A program made the position numbers and the translations under genes. Of a stretch of 64,000 nucleotides of DNA, positions 34,439 through 46,747 are shown in pieces. Where the stretch lies: assembly GCA_045888315.1 (NCBI GenBank), contig JBGCVQ010000051.1:13038-77037 (forward strand), read 5' to 3'. The notes under the pieces are model-generated. The model searched no databases. It was not told the DNA's origin and saw only the letters and a program-made list of their open reading frames with translations. How positions within the stretch are numbered: position 1 is the stretch's first letter; each line of letters begins with the position of its first letter. The stretch is from Anaerolineales bacterium. GTDB taxonomy: Bacteria; Chloroflexota; Anaerolineae; Anaerolineales; UBA11858.

Positions 34439-36085
34439 GTGACTGAATCCATTAATCAAATTACAGCAGAATTCAAGAAATTCATCGAGGATTTTCAGCC
34501 CACTGCAGGCATCCAAACCGTTGGGATTGTCCAGGAGTCAGGCGACGGCATCGCTCGTGTCAGCGGCTTGTCTGATGTCCGAGCCCAGGAGCTGGTGCAG
34601 TTTGAGAACGGCGTGCTGGGAACCGCATTCAACCTTGAAAAGGACCTTGTCGGTGTCATCATCATGGGTGAATTCGACAAGATCAGCGAAGGCATGCAGG
34701 TCCGCTCCACTAACCGGATTACATCCGTGCCGGTCGGTGAGGGATTGATCGGCCGTGTGGTCAATGCCATTGGTCAGCCGATTGACGGAAAAGGACCGAT
34801 TCGCAGCACTGGTTATCGTCCGATTGAGGTGATTGCCCCGGGTGTGATCCAGAGGAAAGACGTGGATCAACCCCTCCAAACCGGTATCAAAGCTATCGAC
34901 TCCATGATCCCTATCGGTCGGGGGCAGAGGGAATTGATCATTGGCGATCGCCAGACCGGGAAAACCGCCATTGCCCTGGACACGATCATCAACCAGAATG
35001 GGGAGGACGTGATCTGCATCTATGTTGCCATTGGACAGAAGAAAGCCGGAATTGCCCGGACTGTCGCTATTCTGGAAGAACACGGCGCTATGGACCATAC
35101 CATCGTTGTTTCTGCTTCTGCTGATGACCCCAGCGCGCTGCAGTACATCGCTCCCTATGCGGGTTGTGCGATGGGAGAAGAGTTCATGAATCAGGGAAAA
35201 GATGCCCTGATCGTTTACGATGATCTTTCAAAACACGCCTGGTCCTACCGGGAGATCTCCTTGCTTCTCCGCAGGCCGCCAGGCCGCGAAGCATATCCAG
35301 GCGACCTGTTCTATCTGCACTCGCGCTTACTGGAAAGGGCGGCCAGGCTGGCCGATTATTATGTGATCGCCTCAGCTGATTTCAAGGAGCCACTGGCAGG
35401 AGAAAAGGACGCCGTCAACGGTAAGGTCTATCAAGGACCGCTTGCTTACGATCATGCCAAAGAGGACCTGGATGGCGGTGTAAAGGGCAAGATCGTCAAG
35501 GTCAAAGGGTCAGGAGGCTCGCTGACTGCACTTCCGATCATTGAGACCCTGCTGGGTGATGTGTCTGCCTATGTTCCCACGAACGTGATATCCATCACTG
35601 ACGGCCAGATCTACTTGGAGAACGACCTGTTCTATTCCGGGATCCGGCCCGCCATCAACGCTGGTATCTCGGTCTCCCGTGTGGGTGGTGACGCCCAGAT
35701 CAAGGCAATGAAGCAGGTTGCTGGACAGCTCCGGCTGGACATGGCTGCCTTCCGGGAACTGGCTGCTTTTGCCCAATTCGGCTCGGACCTCGATAAAGCC
35801 ACCCAGTCCAGGCTGGATCGGGGACGGCGGTTGAGAGAGGTCCTCAAGCAGCCCCAGTTCTCACCCATGCCAATTGCCAATCAGGTCATTGTCATCTATG
35901 CTGCGACCAGAGGGTATGCTGACAGTGTCCAGGTTGCCGATATCATCCAGTGGGAAGCCGAACTGGTCACCTATTTCGAAAACAGCCAACCGGATATCAT
36001 AAAGGACATCATCAAGGAAAAAGCGCTCACGAATGAGATCGAAGAGAGGTTGAAGACCGCTCTGGAAAGCTTCTCTTTTTCGTGA
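34439..36085 (+). CDS. atpA: F-type ATP synthase alpha subunit (with ~50-aa insertion)
   Basis: [11 protein letters not shown] Walker [37 protein letters not shown] start with a GGAGGT Shine-Dalgarno. 548 aa. Confidence 0.9.
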   Translation: MTESINQITAEFKKFIEDFQPTAGIQTVGIVQESGDGIARVSGLSDVRAQELVQFENGVLGTAFNLEKDLVGVIIMGEFDKISEGMQVRSTNRITSVPVGEGLIGRVVNAIGQPIDGKGPIRSTGYRPIEVIAPGVIQRKDVDQPLQTGIKAIDSMIPIGRGQRELIIGDRQTGKTAIALDTIINQNGEDVICIYVAIGQKKAGIARTVAILEEHGAMDHTIVVSASADDPSALQYIAPYAGCAMGEEFMNQGKDALIVYDDLSKHAWSYREISLLLRRPPGREAYPGDLFYLHSRLLERAARLADYYVIASADFKEPLAGEKDAVNGKVYQGPLAYDHAKEDLDGGVKGKIVKVKGSGGSLTALPIIETLLGDVSAYVPTNVISITDGQIYLENDLFYSGIRPAINAGISVSRVGGDAQIKAMKQVAGQLRLDMAAFRELAAFAQFGSDLDKATQSRLDRGRRLREVLKQPQFSPMPIANQVIVIYAATRGYADSVQVADIIQWEAELVTYFENSQPDIIKDIIKEKALTNEIEERLKTALESFSFS

Positions 36086-36121
36086 TCGTAAGCGGTTGGC
36101 ATATTTGCAGGGTGAGAGCTC

Positions 36122-38453
<2,332 letters not shown>

Positions 38454-38476
38454 GGTCAAGCTCAGGAGCAGGTATT

Positions 38477-38929
38477 ATGCCCATCCGATGTGAAATAGTT
38501 TCCCAGGACCGCATGGTATTTCAGGGAGATGCCGATATCGTCATCCTCCCTGGTGCTATGGGTGAAATGGGGATCCTTCCTGGCCACGCCCCGCTGCTGT
38601 CCTCGTTGAAGTTGGGTGTCATCCGGGTCAAACACGGTTCTAAAGAGGATGTTTTCACGGTTACAGGCGGCTTTGTAGAAGTTCAGCCGGATATCGTTAC
38701 CGTGATGGCGGATGCGGCTGAGAACGTGGAAGAGATCGATGTCGAGCGGGCTAAGAAAGCCATGCAGCGGGCTGAGAAGTTACTCGAGGAATACAAGGAT
38801 ACGGATGCCGAAAATTACCTGCGCATCCAGGCAGCGCTCAGACGGTCCGACCTGCGTTTGAAAACAGTAGACCAGTACCGAAGGCGCGGCCAGCGCTCCC
38901 GCCCTCCAGGCATGGGAAGTTCAGAATAG
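38477..38929 (+). CDS. atpC: F-type ATP synthase epsilon subunit
   Basis: ILPGHAPLLSSLKLGVIRV..GGFVEV, 150 aa, directly after atpD. Confidence 0.85.
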   Translation: MPIRCEIVSQDRMVFQGDADIVILPGAMGEMGILPGHAPLLSSLKLGVIRVKHGSKEDVFTVTGGFVEVQPDIVTVMADAAENVEEIDVERAKKAMQRAEKLLEEYKDTDAENYLRIQAALRRSDLRLKTVDQYRRRGQRSRPPGMGSSE

Positions 38930-38936
38930 GAAGATT

Positions 38937-39947
38937 ATGGCATTATTCTCACAGGATTTTGGGATCGATCTCGGCACCTATTACACCATGATCGCGGAAG
39001 AGGGAGTGCTCCTCGAACGCGCTCCCACTGTAGCGGCAATCGCCATTGATGAGCAGAAGATCGTTGAGTTTGGCCAGGCGGCCAAGGATATGTACGGCCG
39101 CGTACCGGACTCGCTGGAGATCGCCCAGCCCCTCAAACACGGTGTGATCGCAGATTTCGAAGTGACCATGAAATTGCTGGAGCGCATGATCAAGAAAGTG
39201 GCCGGCCCGATCCGCCTCTTCCATCCCCGGATCATGGTGTCTGTTCCCTACGGGGTCACCAGCGTGGAAAGCCGGGCGGTCGAGGAAGCAGTTCTGGAAG
39301 CCGGCGCCCGAGAGGTGTTCTTGATTCCAACTCCTCTAGCGGCTGCCATCGGTATCGACCTGCCCATCAATACACCTACCGGAAATATGATCCTCAACCT
39401 GGGCGGTGGAGCGACCCAGGCTGCGGTGCTGGCTATGTATGGGATTGTTTCCGCCGCTACCTTGCGGAAAGGCGGCGCGGACCTGGATGAAGCCATCGCC
39501 ACCTATGTGCGCCGCAAATATGGACTGATCATAGCCCAACCAACTGCCGAGCGCATCAAGCTGGAGATCGGTGCAGCCGTATCCCTGGATGGCAAATCAG
39601 GGATCGAGGTCCAGGGCCAAGACCAGGTAACCGGTTTGCCTCAACCGCTGACCATCTCTAGCGATGAGGTGGTAGAGGCTTTACAGCCCCCGCTGAAGGA
39701 GTTTGTAGAGACCGCCCGTAAAGTCCTTGAAAAGACCCCACCTGAACTGATTTCCGATATAATCGATCGGGGCATCGCGCTCAGCGGCGGCTCAGCCCTC
39801 CTTCCAGGTATGGAAAAACTGCTCACAAAAGAATTGGGTGTGCCAACCTACCTGGTAGATAATCCGACCACCTGTGTGGTGGAAGGTGCCTCAAGAGCGT
39901 TCTCGCCGGGTATCTTCCCCAAGATCCGCAGAAATCTCATCAATTGA
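38937..39947 (+). CDS. mreB: MreB-like actin homologue
   Basis: DFGIDLGT..PLKHGVIADF..GVTSVESRAVEEA..NLGGGATQ..GGSALLPGMEKLL. The phosphate-1 loop is divergent (DLGTYYT). Confidence 0.8.
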   Translation: MALFSQDFGIDLGTYYTMIAEEGVLLERAPTVAAIAIDEQKIVEFGQAAKDMYGRVPDSLEIAQPLKHGVIADFEVTMKLLERMIKKVAGPIRLFHPRIMVSVPYGVTSVESRAVEEAVLEAGAREVFLIPTPLAAAIGIDLPINTPTGNMILNLGGGATQAAVLAMYGIVSAATLRKGGADLDEAIATYVRRKYGLIIAQPTAERIKLEIGAAVSLDGKSGIEVQGQDQVTGLPQPLTISSDEVVEALQPPLKEFVETARKVLEKTPPELISDIIDRGIALSGGSALLPGMEKLLTKELGVPTYLVDNPTTCVVEGASRAFSPGIFPKIRRNLIN

Positions 39948-39967
39948 GAACTGTATCCAGCCAAATC

Positions 39968-40000
39968 AAAAACCGTAATCAACTTGATTACGGTTTTTTT
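39968..40000. terminator. Bidirectional rho-independent terminator
   Basis: AAAAA-CCGTAATCA-ACT-TGATTACGG-TTTTTTT between convergent mreB and rex. Confidence 0.85.
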
Positions 40001-40019
40001 ATGGTCCAGAGAAGTGAAG

Positions 40020-40637
40020 CTATTTCAAATAATAGCTCAGTTTTTGGAGGTGGACAGAAGGATCGATATGCTCGATCTGCACACCATCGGGGGTCTTGAT
40101 ATAGATCGGAGCATAATTCAAGATGGCGGTGATCCCCACCTCGACCAGGTCGTCGATCACATGCTGGGCGGTTTCTGCCGGTACAGCCAGAACGGCGATC
40201 TGGATCTTGTTTTCCGCGACATAATCGCACATCGCTGCCAGGTCTTTGACAATCAGGTTGCCGATCTGCTTACCGATTTTAGCAGGGTCGATATCAAATA
40301 CAGCAGCCACTCGGAAACCTCGGTCTGCAAAGCCCTTGTAGCGGGCCAGACCGCTACCGAGGTCCCCAGCGCCGATCACGATCATATCCCAGATGTCCTC
40401 AATATTCAGGATGTGATTGAGCTCGCTGATCAGGAAATCGATCTCGTAACCTTTCCCGCGCTTTCCCAACTCTCCAAAATGGGAAAGGTCCTTGCGAATC
40501 TGAGCAGCTGAGATATCCAGCAGCTTACCCAATTCACGGGATGAGGCAAAACTATAACCCTCTTTCTTCAGCCGGGTGAGAGCTCTGAGGTAAAGAGGTA
40601 TTCTACCGATAATGATGCGGGGAATTTTCCGGTTCAT
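40020..40637 (-). CDS. rex: Redox-sensing transcriptional repressor Rex
   Basis: IPRIIIGRIPLYLRAL..SSRELGKLLDISAAQIRKDLSHFGELGKRGKGY followed by a Rossmann fold VIGAGDLG. Confidence 0.9.
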   Translation of the reverse strand: MNRKIPRIIIGRIPLYLRALTRLKKEGYSFASSRELGKLLDISAAQIRKDLSHFGELGKRGKGYEIDFLISELNHILNIEDIWDMIVIGAGDLGSGLARYKGFADRGFRVAAVFDIDPAKIGKQIGNLIVKDLAAMCDYVAENKIQIAVLAVPAETAQHVIDDLVEVGITAILNYAPIYIKTPDGVQIEHIDPSVHLQKLSYYLK

Positions 40638-40730
40638 TTTTTATCCAAAATATTCCAAATAGTTGGCAATTTCTATCAGATTTGTGATAATTTTTCAAAT
40701 TTTACCATAATAATTCGAGATTTTCCTAGA

Positions 40731-40739
40731 TGGTATAAT
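40731..40739 (+). promoter_or_regulatory. Candidate extended -10 (TGGTATAAT) upstream of obg
   Basis: Perfect TGnTATAAT 71 nt upstream of the obg ATG. Confidence 0.45.
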
Positions 40740-40809
40740 AGCCTGCAGTCAGCCCGCCCAGGGGGATGGTAGATCGGAGTTCCCGCAATTCACGAGGACG
40801 AACCAGTAT

Positions 40810-42087
40810 ATGTATTTTGATGAAGTGGAAATCGAGGTGATCGGCGGAAAGGGAGGCGATGGCGTGATCCATTTCCGCCGGGAAAAGTACGTTCCCCGGG
40901 GAGGCCCAGACGGAGGAGACGGAGGACGGGGCGGTGATATCGTCCTGGTTGTTGACCCTCATCAAAACACCCTGGGCCATTTTCGGCATCAGAAATACTT
41001 CAAGGCGAAGGACGGCGCGAAGGGAGGCGGCAAAAATCAAACAGGCGCTTCCGGTGAGGATCTGATCATCAAGGTGCCGCCAGGCACAATGGTCTTTGAC
41101 AAGGACAGCGGCCGCTTATTGGGAGACCTGGTTGAAATCGGTCAGAGGCTGGTGGCCTGCCAGGGTGGTCGGGGCGGCAGAGGCAATACGCGTTTCAAGA
41201 CCTCTACAAACAAAGCTCCCCGCTTGGCCGAGAAAGGAGAGCCGCCGGAGGAGAAAAGGCTCCGCTTGGAGCTGAAGCTGATCGCCGATGTTGGCATCAT
41301 CGGCGTACCCAATGCTGGGAAATCCACCTTGCTTTCTGTTGTCAGCAATGCCAAGCCCAAGATCGCACCCTATCCCTTTACCACCCTCCAGCCTAATCTG
41401 GGTGTGGCTGAGGTCGATCAGGAGATCCAGCTTATATTAGCGGATATCCCCGGATTGATCGAGGGAGCCCACAAGGGAGAAGGGCTGGGCCATGATTTTC
41501 TGCGCCACATCCAGCGCACCCGGGTCCTGATTCACCTCCTGGATGGGACTGCGGAAGAGCCCCTCCTTGATTTTGCCCAGATCAATTCTGAACTTGCCTT
41601 GTTCGATCCTGCCTTGGGGGAAAAACCGCAGATCGTGGTTCTCAACAAAATGGATTTGCCGGAAGTAGAGGAGAAATGGCCCTCCTTGCGAGAAGAACTC
41701 AAGCGCAAAGGCTACCAGGAGATCTTCGCCATCTCTGCGCTGACCAGGGATGGTGTAAAACCCGTGCTCTACCGGGCTGCTCAGCTGCTGGAAGAAACGC
41801 CAGAATATGTATATACAACCCCGGCTGATTCAACGGAAATGCCGGTCTACCGGCTGGACAAGGACTCCCAGGATTACCTGATCTTGAAGACTGACCGGGG
41901 CTGGAGGATATCAGGAGAGGCTCTGGAGCGGGCAGCGGCTATGACTTACTGGGAGCATTATCAATCGATCAGGCGGTTTCAGAGGATCCTGGAAGCCATG
42001 GGGATCGATGAAGCCCTTCGCGACGCCGGAGTACAACCCGGGGACTCGGTGTTCATCGGTGATCATGAATTGGAATGGCAGGACTGA
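40810..42087 (+). CDS. obg: GTPase Obg/CgtA
   Basis: Gly-rich Obg fold (GGKGGDGVIHFRREKYVPRGGPDGGDGGRGGDI) and G-domain GVPNAGKST, DIPGLIEGA, NKMD. Confidence 0.95.
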   Translation: MYFDEVEIEVIGGKGGDGVIHFRREKYVPRGGPDGGDGGRGGDIVLVVDPHQNTLGHFRHQKYFKAKDGAKGGGKNQTGASGEDLIIKVPPGTMVFDKDSGRLLGDLVEIGQRLVACQGGRGGRGNTRFKTSTNKAPRLAEKGEPPEEKRLRLELKLIADVGIIGVPNAGKSTLLSVVSNAKPKIAPYPFTTLQPNLGVAEVDQEIQLILADIPGLIEGAHKGEGLGHDFLRHIQRTRVLIHLLDGTAEEPLLDFAQINSELALFDPALGEKPQIVVLNKMDLPEVEEKWPSLREELKRKGYQEIFAISALTRDGVKPVLYRAAQLLEETPEYVYTTPADSTEMPVYRLDKDSQDYLILKTDRGWRISGEALERAAAMTYWEHYQSIRRFQRILEAMGIDEALRDAGVQPGDSVFIGDHELEWQD

Positions 42088-42692
42088 TGAGAAAAAAACG
42101 GGTCGCCTTCTTTGGAGGTACTTTCAACCCACCTCATCTGGGTCACGAGATCCTGGCCCAAGAAGCCTGCTATCAATTGGGGCTGGATTCGCTCCAGTGG
42201 CTGGTCACCCCGGATCCGCCACATAAAAAGGAAGCGGCGATCGCCCCGATCCAGCACCGGCTGGAGATGCTGGATCGGATTGTCAAGTCCGTCCCGTATT
42301 TTGATATTTCCCGGCTGGATCTGGATCGGCCGCCACCCCATTACGCAGCCGACAGCGTTGAAATTGCCCGGGGGCAGTTCCCTGACTGTGAGATCATCTA
42401 TCTGCTAGGGGAGGATTCGCTGCAAGACTTACCCGGCTGGCATCAGCCAACCCGCTTCCTGGAGGCGCTGGACCAGCTGGCAGTTGCTCCCCGACCTGGC
42501 GTCCAGGCAGATCTGGCAGGCCTGGAAGGACGCCTTCCCGGGATCAGCCAGAAAACCGTTTTCCTTCAGGGCGTCGTCCTGGAGATCTCGTCCAGTTTGA
42601 TCAGGGAGCGGATCCGGCAGAGAGCTCCTTTCCGGCATTTCCTGGATGCCGAGGTAGCCGATTATCTGGATGATAATAAGCTTTACTATTGA
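42075..42692 (+). CDS. nadD: Nicotinate-nucleotide adenylyltransferase
   Basis: FGGTFNPPHLGH and ISSSLIRERI motifs. It overlaps the obg 3' end. Confidence 0.9.
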   Translation: MAGLMRKKRVAFFGGTFNPPHLGHEILAQEACYQLGLDSLQWLVTPDPPHKKEAAIAPIQHRLEMLDRIVKSVPYFDISRLDLDRPPPHYAADSVEIARGQFPDCEIIYLLGEDSLQDLPGWHQPTRFLEALDQLAVAPRPGVQADLAGLEGRLPGISQKTVFLQGVVLEISSSLIRERIRQRAPFRHFLDAEVADYLDDNKLYY

Positions 42693-42731
42693 CACTCGAA
42701 ATACTCGGTTGGGACCCGACAGGGATCGACT

Positions 42732-43577
42732 ATGGACTATCAGACCATCATTTCTACCAAGGAATTAGCAGCAAGGCTGGGGGATCCGGGACTAGCGGTC
42801 ATGGACTGCAGATATTATCTGGCAGAGCCGGAACGGGGCTATGAAGAGTATTTGGAAGCCCATATTCCCGGCGCGATCTACATTCACATGGATCGGGACC
42901 TCTCCGGAGAGATCATACCCGGGAAGACCGGTCGCCATCCGCTCCCTGATGTCACTACTTTCACAGAGCGGTTATCATGCTGGGGGATCGATGAGACTGT
43001 CCAGGTGGTAGCTTACGATAACACAGGAGGGGGTATGGCAGCCCGATTATGGTGGATGCTGCGCTGGTTGGGACACGATCGGGTGGCGGTCCTCGATGGT
43101 GATTGGCGGGCCTGGGAGAGGGAAAATCTGCCGGTGGAAGGAGGAAAGAACTCTCGCGACAGGAAGGAGTTCCATCCCCGGCAGCACCCCGAGTACCTGG
43201 TTGATAGTGATTTTGTGGACCAGATCCGGGAAGATGATGATTTCCTTCTCCTGGATGCTCGCTCGGCAGAGAGATACTGGGGTTTGAAGGAACCAATTGA
43301 TAGGAAATCCGGCCATATCCCCGGAGCAGTGACTGCGCCTTTCGCCCTCAATCTGGACGAAGAAGGCTATTTCTTGGGGCGCGAGGAGCTAAAAGCCAGG
43401 TATGAGGATTTGCTGAACGGTTTACCCACAGAGCAGGTGGTCGTCTACTGCGGCTCGGGAGTGACATCCAATCATAATCTGATCGCGATGGTTGAAGCCG
43501 GATTAGGAATGGCTCGCCTGTATGCTGGTTCGTGGAGTGAATGGATCACCGACCCCGATCGGGCTGTCGCGCCTTGA
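42732..43577 (+). CDS. Tandem-rhodanese sulfurtransferase (thiosulfate/3-mercaptopyruvate type)
   Basis: Two rhodanese domains and active-site loop VVYCGSGVTSNH. Confidence 0.85.
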   Translation: MDYQTIISTKELAARLGDPGLAVMDCRYYLAEPERGYEEYLEAHIPGAIYIHMDRDLSGEIIPGKTGRHPLPDVTTFTERLSCWGIDETVQVVAYDNTGGGMAARLWWMLRWLGHDRVAVLDGDWRAWERENLPVEGGKNSRDRKEFHPRQHPEYLVDSDFVDQIREDDDFLLLDARSAERYWGLKEPIDRKSGHIPGAVTAPFALNLDEEGYFLGREELKARYEDLLNGLPTEQVVVYCGSGVTSNHNLIAMVEAGLGMARLYAGSWSEWITDPDRAVAP

Positions 43578-43601
43578 AATGACCTTAAAAAGGGGATCCC
43601 A

Positions 43602-44387
43602 ATGACCTATAATATCGCCCTGGCACAGTTGAGTTTGCCGCAAGGAAAGCCAGAGGATAACTATCAGGCAGCCGCAGAAGCTGCTCGGGAAGCCGCTGAG
43701 CGGGGAGCAGAAGTCCTGCTCCTACCGGAATTATGGGCCAGCGGTTATGACCTCGAGAACTGTGCTAAGTATGCCAGCCCTCTGGATAAGGGCTGGTTCG
43801 ATCGTATGGCCACCCTCGCAAAGGAAAATCAGATCGCTGTGGGAGGATCATTGATCGAGAAAGACCAGGGCAGTTATTACAACACATTCGTGCTGCTGGA
43901 CCGCACTGGTCAACGACTGGGCGCGTACCGTAAGATCCACCTCTTTCGGTTCCTGGAGGAAGAGAAATATTTGAAGGGCGGCGATCAACTGGTGCTGTTG
44001 GATTCTCCCTGGGGGAAAGTGGCTTTGGCTACCTGCTATGACCTGCGGTTCCCCGAGATCTTCAGGGCCTACGCAGTAAAAGGGGCAGAGATCATATTCC
44101 TGGTATCGGAATGGCCCCGGAAGCGGATCGCTCATTGGGATATACTGCTCCAGGCGCGAGCTGTGGAAAACCAATGCTTCATCGCTGCCGTCAATAAGGT
44201 GGGGACCAGTAAAGGAGCTCCGCTGGGTGGAAGGAGCGCGGTGATCGATCCTATGGGTAACTATCTCGTCAAGGGTGATGAAAGCCCAGCTGTACTAGTG
44301 GCAGAGATCGACCTGGGATTGACTCAGAAGACCCGCGAATGGATGCCGGTCCTGCAGGACAGGAATCCCGGAGTTTACGATTCCTGA
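43602..44387 (+). CDS. Carbon-nitrogen hydrolase family protein (omega-amidase-like)
   Basis: Glu-Lys-Cys triad context LLLPELW, YRKIHLF, LATCYDLRFPE. Confidence 0.85.
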   Translation: MTYNIALAQLSLPQGKPEDNYQAAAEAAREAAERGAEVLLLPELWASGYDLENCAKYASPLDKGWFDRMATLAKENQIAVGGSLIEKDQGSYYNTFVLLDRTGQRLGAYRKIHLFRFLEEEKYLKGGDQLVLLDSPWGKVALATCYDLRFPEIFRAYAVKGAEIIFLVSEWPRKRIAHWDILLQARAVENQCFIAAVNKVGTSKGAPLGGRSAVIDPMGNYLVKGDESPAVLVAEIDLGLTQKTREWMPVLQDRNPGVYDS

Positions 44388-44478
44388 CCGCTTCCCTGGA
44401 AGTGCCAGAACCGGATTTGGATGAGAGCAGATGGGTATTCCTTCAGGGGTTTGCGTGCCATTTGTAACCTGGTGATCA

Positions 44479-44507
44479 ACGACAGATAAAACCTTTTAGA
44501 GTATAAT
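44479..44507 (+). promoter_or_regulatory. Candidate sigma-70-type promoter (ACGACA-17 nt-TATAAT) for the acetyl-CoA synthetase (ADP-forming) gene
   Basis: Perfect -10 and a 4/6 match -35 at 17-nt spacing. This implies a leader of about 110 nt. Confidence 0.35.
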
Positions 44508-44626
44508 GGCTCGCGGTGTTTGGCTGAGTAGTCTTTATCTCGATCGGGACCATTGATCGCGCAAGAAATGGAAGCTTGACCGCTAAAAACACCTTGGCCT
44601 TAAAATTGAATTAGTGGGAAGTGCAT

Positions 44627-46744
44627 ATGTTGGAAGAATTCTTTGATCCAAAATCAGTTGCGGTGATCGGAGCGTCCACTTCACCGGACAAACTTGGTTA
44701 CGCAGTCCTTGACAACCTGGTGGAAGGGGGATATGTCAATGTCGGCAAGATCTATCCAATCAACCCGAAAGCCGATGAGATCCTGGGTCAAAAAGTATAT
44801 CCGTCTGTATCAGAAGTCCCAGGAGAGATCGATCTGGCTGTCGTAGTGATCCCCTACGCCTATGTCCCAGCAGTTCTCGATGAATGTGGTAGAAAGGGCA
44901 TCCCCGCCGTGGTAGTGATCAGCGCGGGCTTCCGAGAGGCTGGAATGGAAGGCCTGGAACGCGAGCTGGAGCTAGTAGAGATCGCCAAGAAGTACAACAT
45001 TCGCTTGATCGGCCCGAACTGTCTGGGGATCATCGATACCTTTACTCCTGTCAATGCCTCTTTTTCTGCGGGTACACCGCCTCAGGGTCCGATGGCTTTC
45101 ATGTCCCAATCCGGCGCCCTGGGAACCGCGATCCTGGATTGGGCTCAAGCAGGCCGCTTGGGACTGTCAAAGTTCGTCAGCTTGGGTAATAAAGCCGATG
45201 TGAGCGAGATCGACCTGCTGGAAGCCTGGGCGGATGACCCGGATAGCAAAGTGATCCTGATGTACAGCGAAGGGCTTCCCAACGGAGAGGAATTCATAAA
45301 AGTAGCCCGGCAGGTCACAAAGAAGAAACCAGTTGTGGCTATCAAGTCCGGTGTCACCAAATCAGGCTCCCGGGCAGTCTCCTCCCACACAGGATCACTG
45401 GCGGGCTCCGAACAAGCCTATCAGGCAGCCTTTCATCAAGCGGGCGTGCTGCGAGCCAGCGACATGGCGGGCATGTTTGATATGGCCCTGGCACTGGGTT
45501 ATCAGCCGCTGCTGAAGGATGATCGGATTGCCATCATCACCAATGCAGGAGGCCCCGGCATTCTGGCTACAGACGCTCTGGAGAGAAGTGGAATGAGCCT
45601 GGCCAGGCTGGAGGTAGAAACCATCCAGGAATTGGAGCAGTATCTTCCTGATGCGGCCAGCGCAGCGAACCCGGTCGATGTCCTGGGGGATGCTAAAGGC
45701 GATCGCTATCAGTTTGCCCTGGATGTGGTTTCCCGGGATCCAAATGTCGATGGCATCATGGTGGTATTGACTCCCCAGGCGATGACCGAGATCGAAGAGA
45801 CCGCCAAAGCAGTAGGGGAGACATCAAAGAGAATTGACAAACCAGTCCTGGCTTGCTTCATGGGTGAAGCCAAGGTTCAGCAGGGAATCCGCGTGCTGCG
45901 CGAGTATGATGTGCCTAATTATTCATTCCCGGAAAGAGCATCCCTTGCTTTCCAGTCCATGTCCCAATATCGAGAGGTCACGCAGCGTAAAGACCCGGTA
46001 TTTGAGCGCTATGACGCGGATAATGCCGCTGTTCAACGAGTGATCGATGGGGCAAAGAAGGATGGACGGTATGCGATCGGCGATGCAGAAGCCTGGGACA
46101 TCCTCAAGGCCTACGATCTGGCCATTCCCAGATCGAAGCTTGCCAAGACCTCCGATGAGGCGGTTGAGATCGCCTCGGAGATCGGTTTCCCTGTGGTCCT
46201 CAAGATCGCATCCCCCGATATCCTGCATAAGACCGATGTCGGCGGCGTCAAGGTGGGGTTGGAATCCGCGGACCAGGTCCGGGACGCCTTCGATCTGATG
46301 ATTTTCCGAACTGAACGCTACCTGCCAGATGCTGAGATTTGGGGCTGCCAGGTACAGGAAATGGCCCCTCCGGGCGGCATGGAGATCCTGATCGGTATGA
46401 ACCGAGATCCCCAGTTTGGACCCCTGGTCACATTTGGCTTGGGTGGTATCTATGTGGAAGCCCTGAAGGATGTGACCTTCCGTGTAGCCCCCTTTACACG
46501 CAAGGACGCGGAGGACATGCTGCGAGAGATCCGGTCGCGGACCCTCTTGGAAGGCGTGAGGGGCAATCCCCCGATCGACAAAGGAGCAGTTGTGGACACG
46601 CTGCTGCGTATCGGGCAGCTGGTCCAGGATTTCCCGGAAATTGCAGAATTAGATATTAACCCGCTCATCGTATATCCCGAAGGCCAAGGAGCAATAGCGA
46701 TTGATATGCGATTGGTGTTAGCAAGTGAGAAACATAAGGAGTAG
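44627..46744 (+). CDS. ADP-forming acetyl-CoA synthetase (fused alpha-beta; CoA-binding + SCS-like + ATP-grasp)
   Basis: KSVAVIGAS CoA-binding N-terminus, NCLGII, SQSGALG, SHTGSLAG, and C-terminal ATP-grasp (VLKIASPDILHKTDVGGVKVGL). The ORF is open from the GTG at 44621. Confidence 0.85.
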   Translation: MLEEFFDPKSVAVIGASTSPDKLGYAVLDNLVEGGYVNVGKIYPINPKADEILGQKVYPSVSEVPGEIDLAVVVIPYAYVPAVLDECGRKGIPAVVVISAGFREAGMEGLERELELVEIAKKYNIRLIGPNCLGIIDTFTPVNASFSAGTPPQGPMAFMSQSGALGTAILDWAQAGRLGLSKFVSLGNKADVSEIDLLEAWADDPDSKVILMYSEGLPNGEEFIKVARQVTKKKPVVAIKSGVTKSGSRAVSSHTGSLAGSEQAYQAAFHQAGVLRASDMAGMFDMALALGYQPLLKDDRIAIITNAGGPGILATDALERSGMSLARLEVETIQELEQYLPDAASAANPVDVLGDAKGDRYQFALDVVSRDPNVDGIMVVLTPQAMTEIEETAKAVGETSKRIDKPVLACFMGEAKVQQGIRVLREYDVPNYSFPERASLAFQSMSQYREVTQRKDPVFERYDADNAAVQRVIDGAKKDGRYAIGDAEAWDILKAYDLAIPRSKLAKTSDEAVEIASEIGFPVVLKIASPDILHKTDVGGVKVGLESADQVRDAFDLMIFRTERYLPDAEIWGCQVQEMAPPGGMEILIGMNRDPQFGPLVTFGLGGIYVEALKDVTFRVAPFTRKDAEDMLREIRSRTLLEGVRGNPPIDKGAVVDTLLRIGQLVQDFPEIAELDINPLIVYPEGQGAIAIDMRLVLASEKHKE

Positions 46745-46747
46745 AAA

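Noticed and set aside
40681-40700. TTTGTGATAATTTTTCAAAT upstream of rex, considered as an autoregulatory Rex box.
   Set aside because: Only the left half-site (TTGTGA) matches. The right arm is TTCAAA rather than TCACAA. It is too weak to call without a genome-wide matrix scan.
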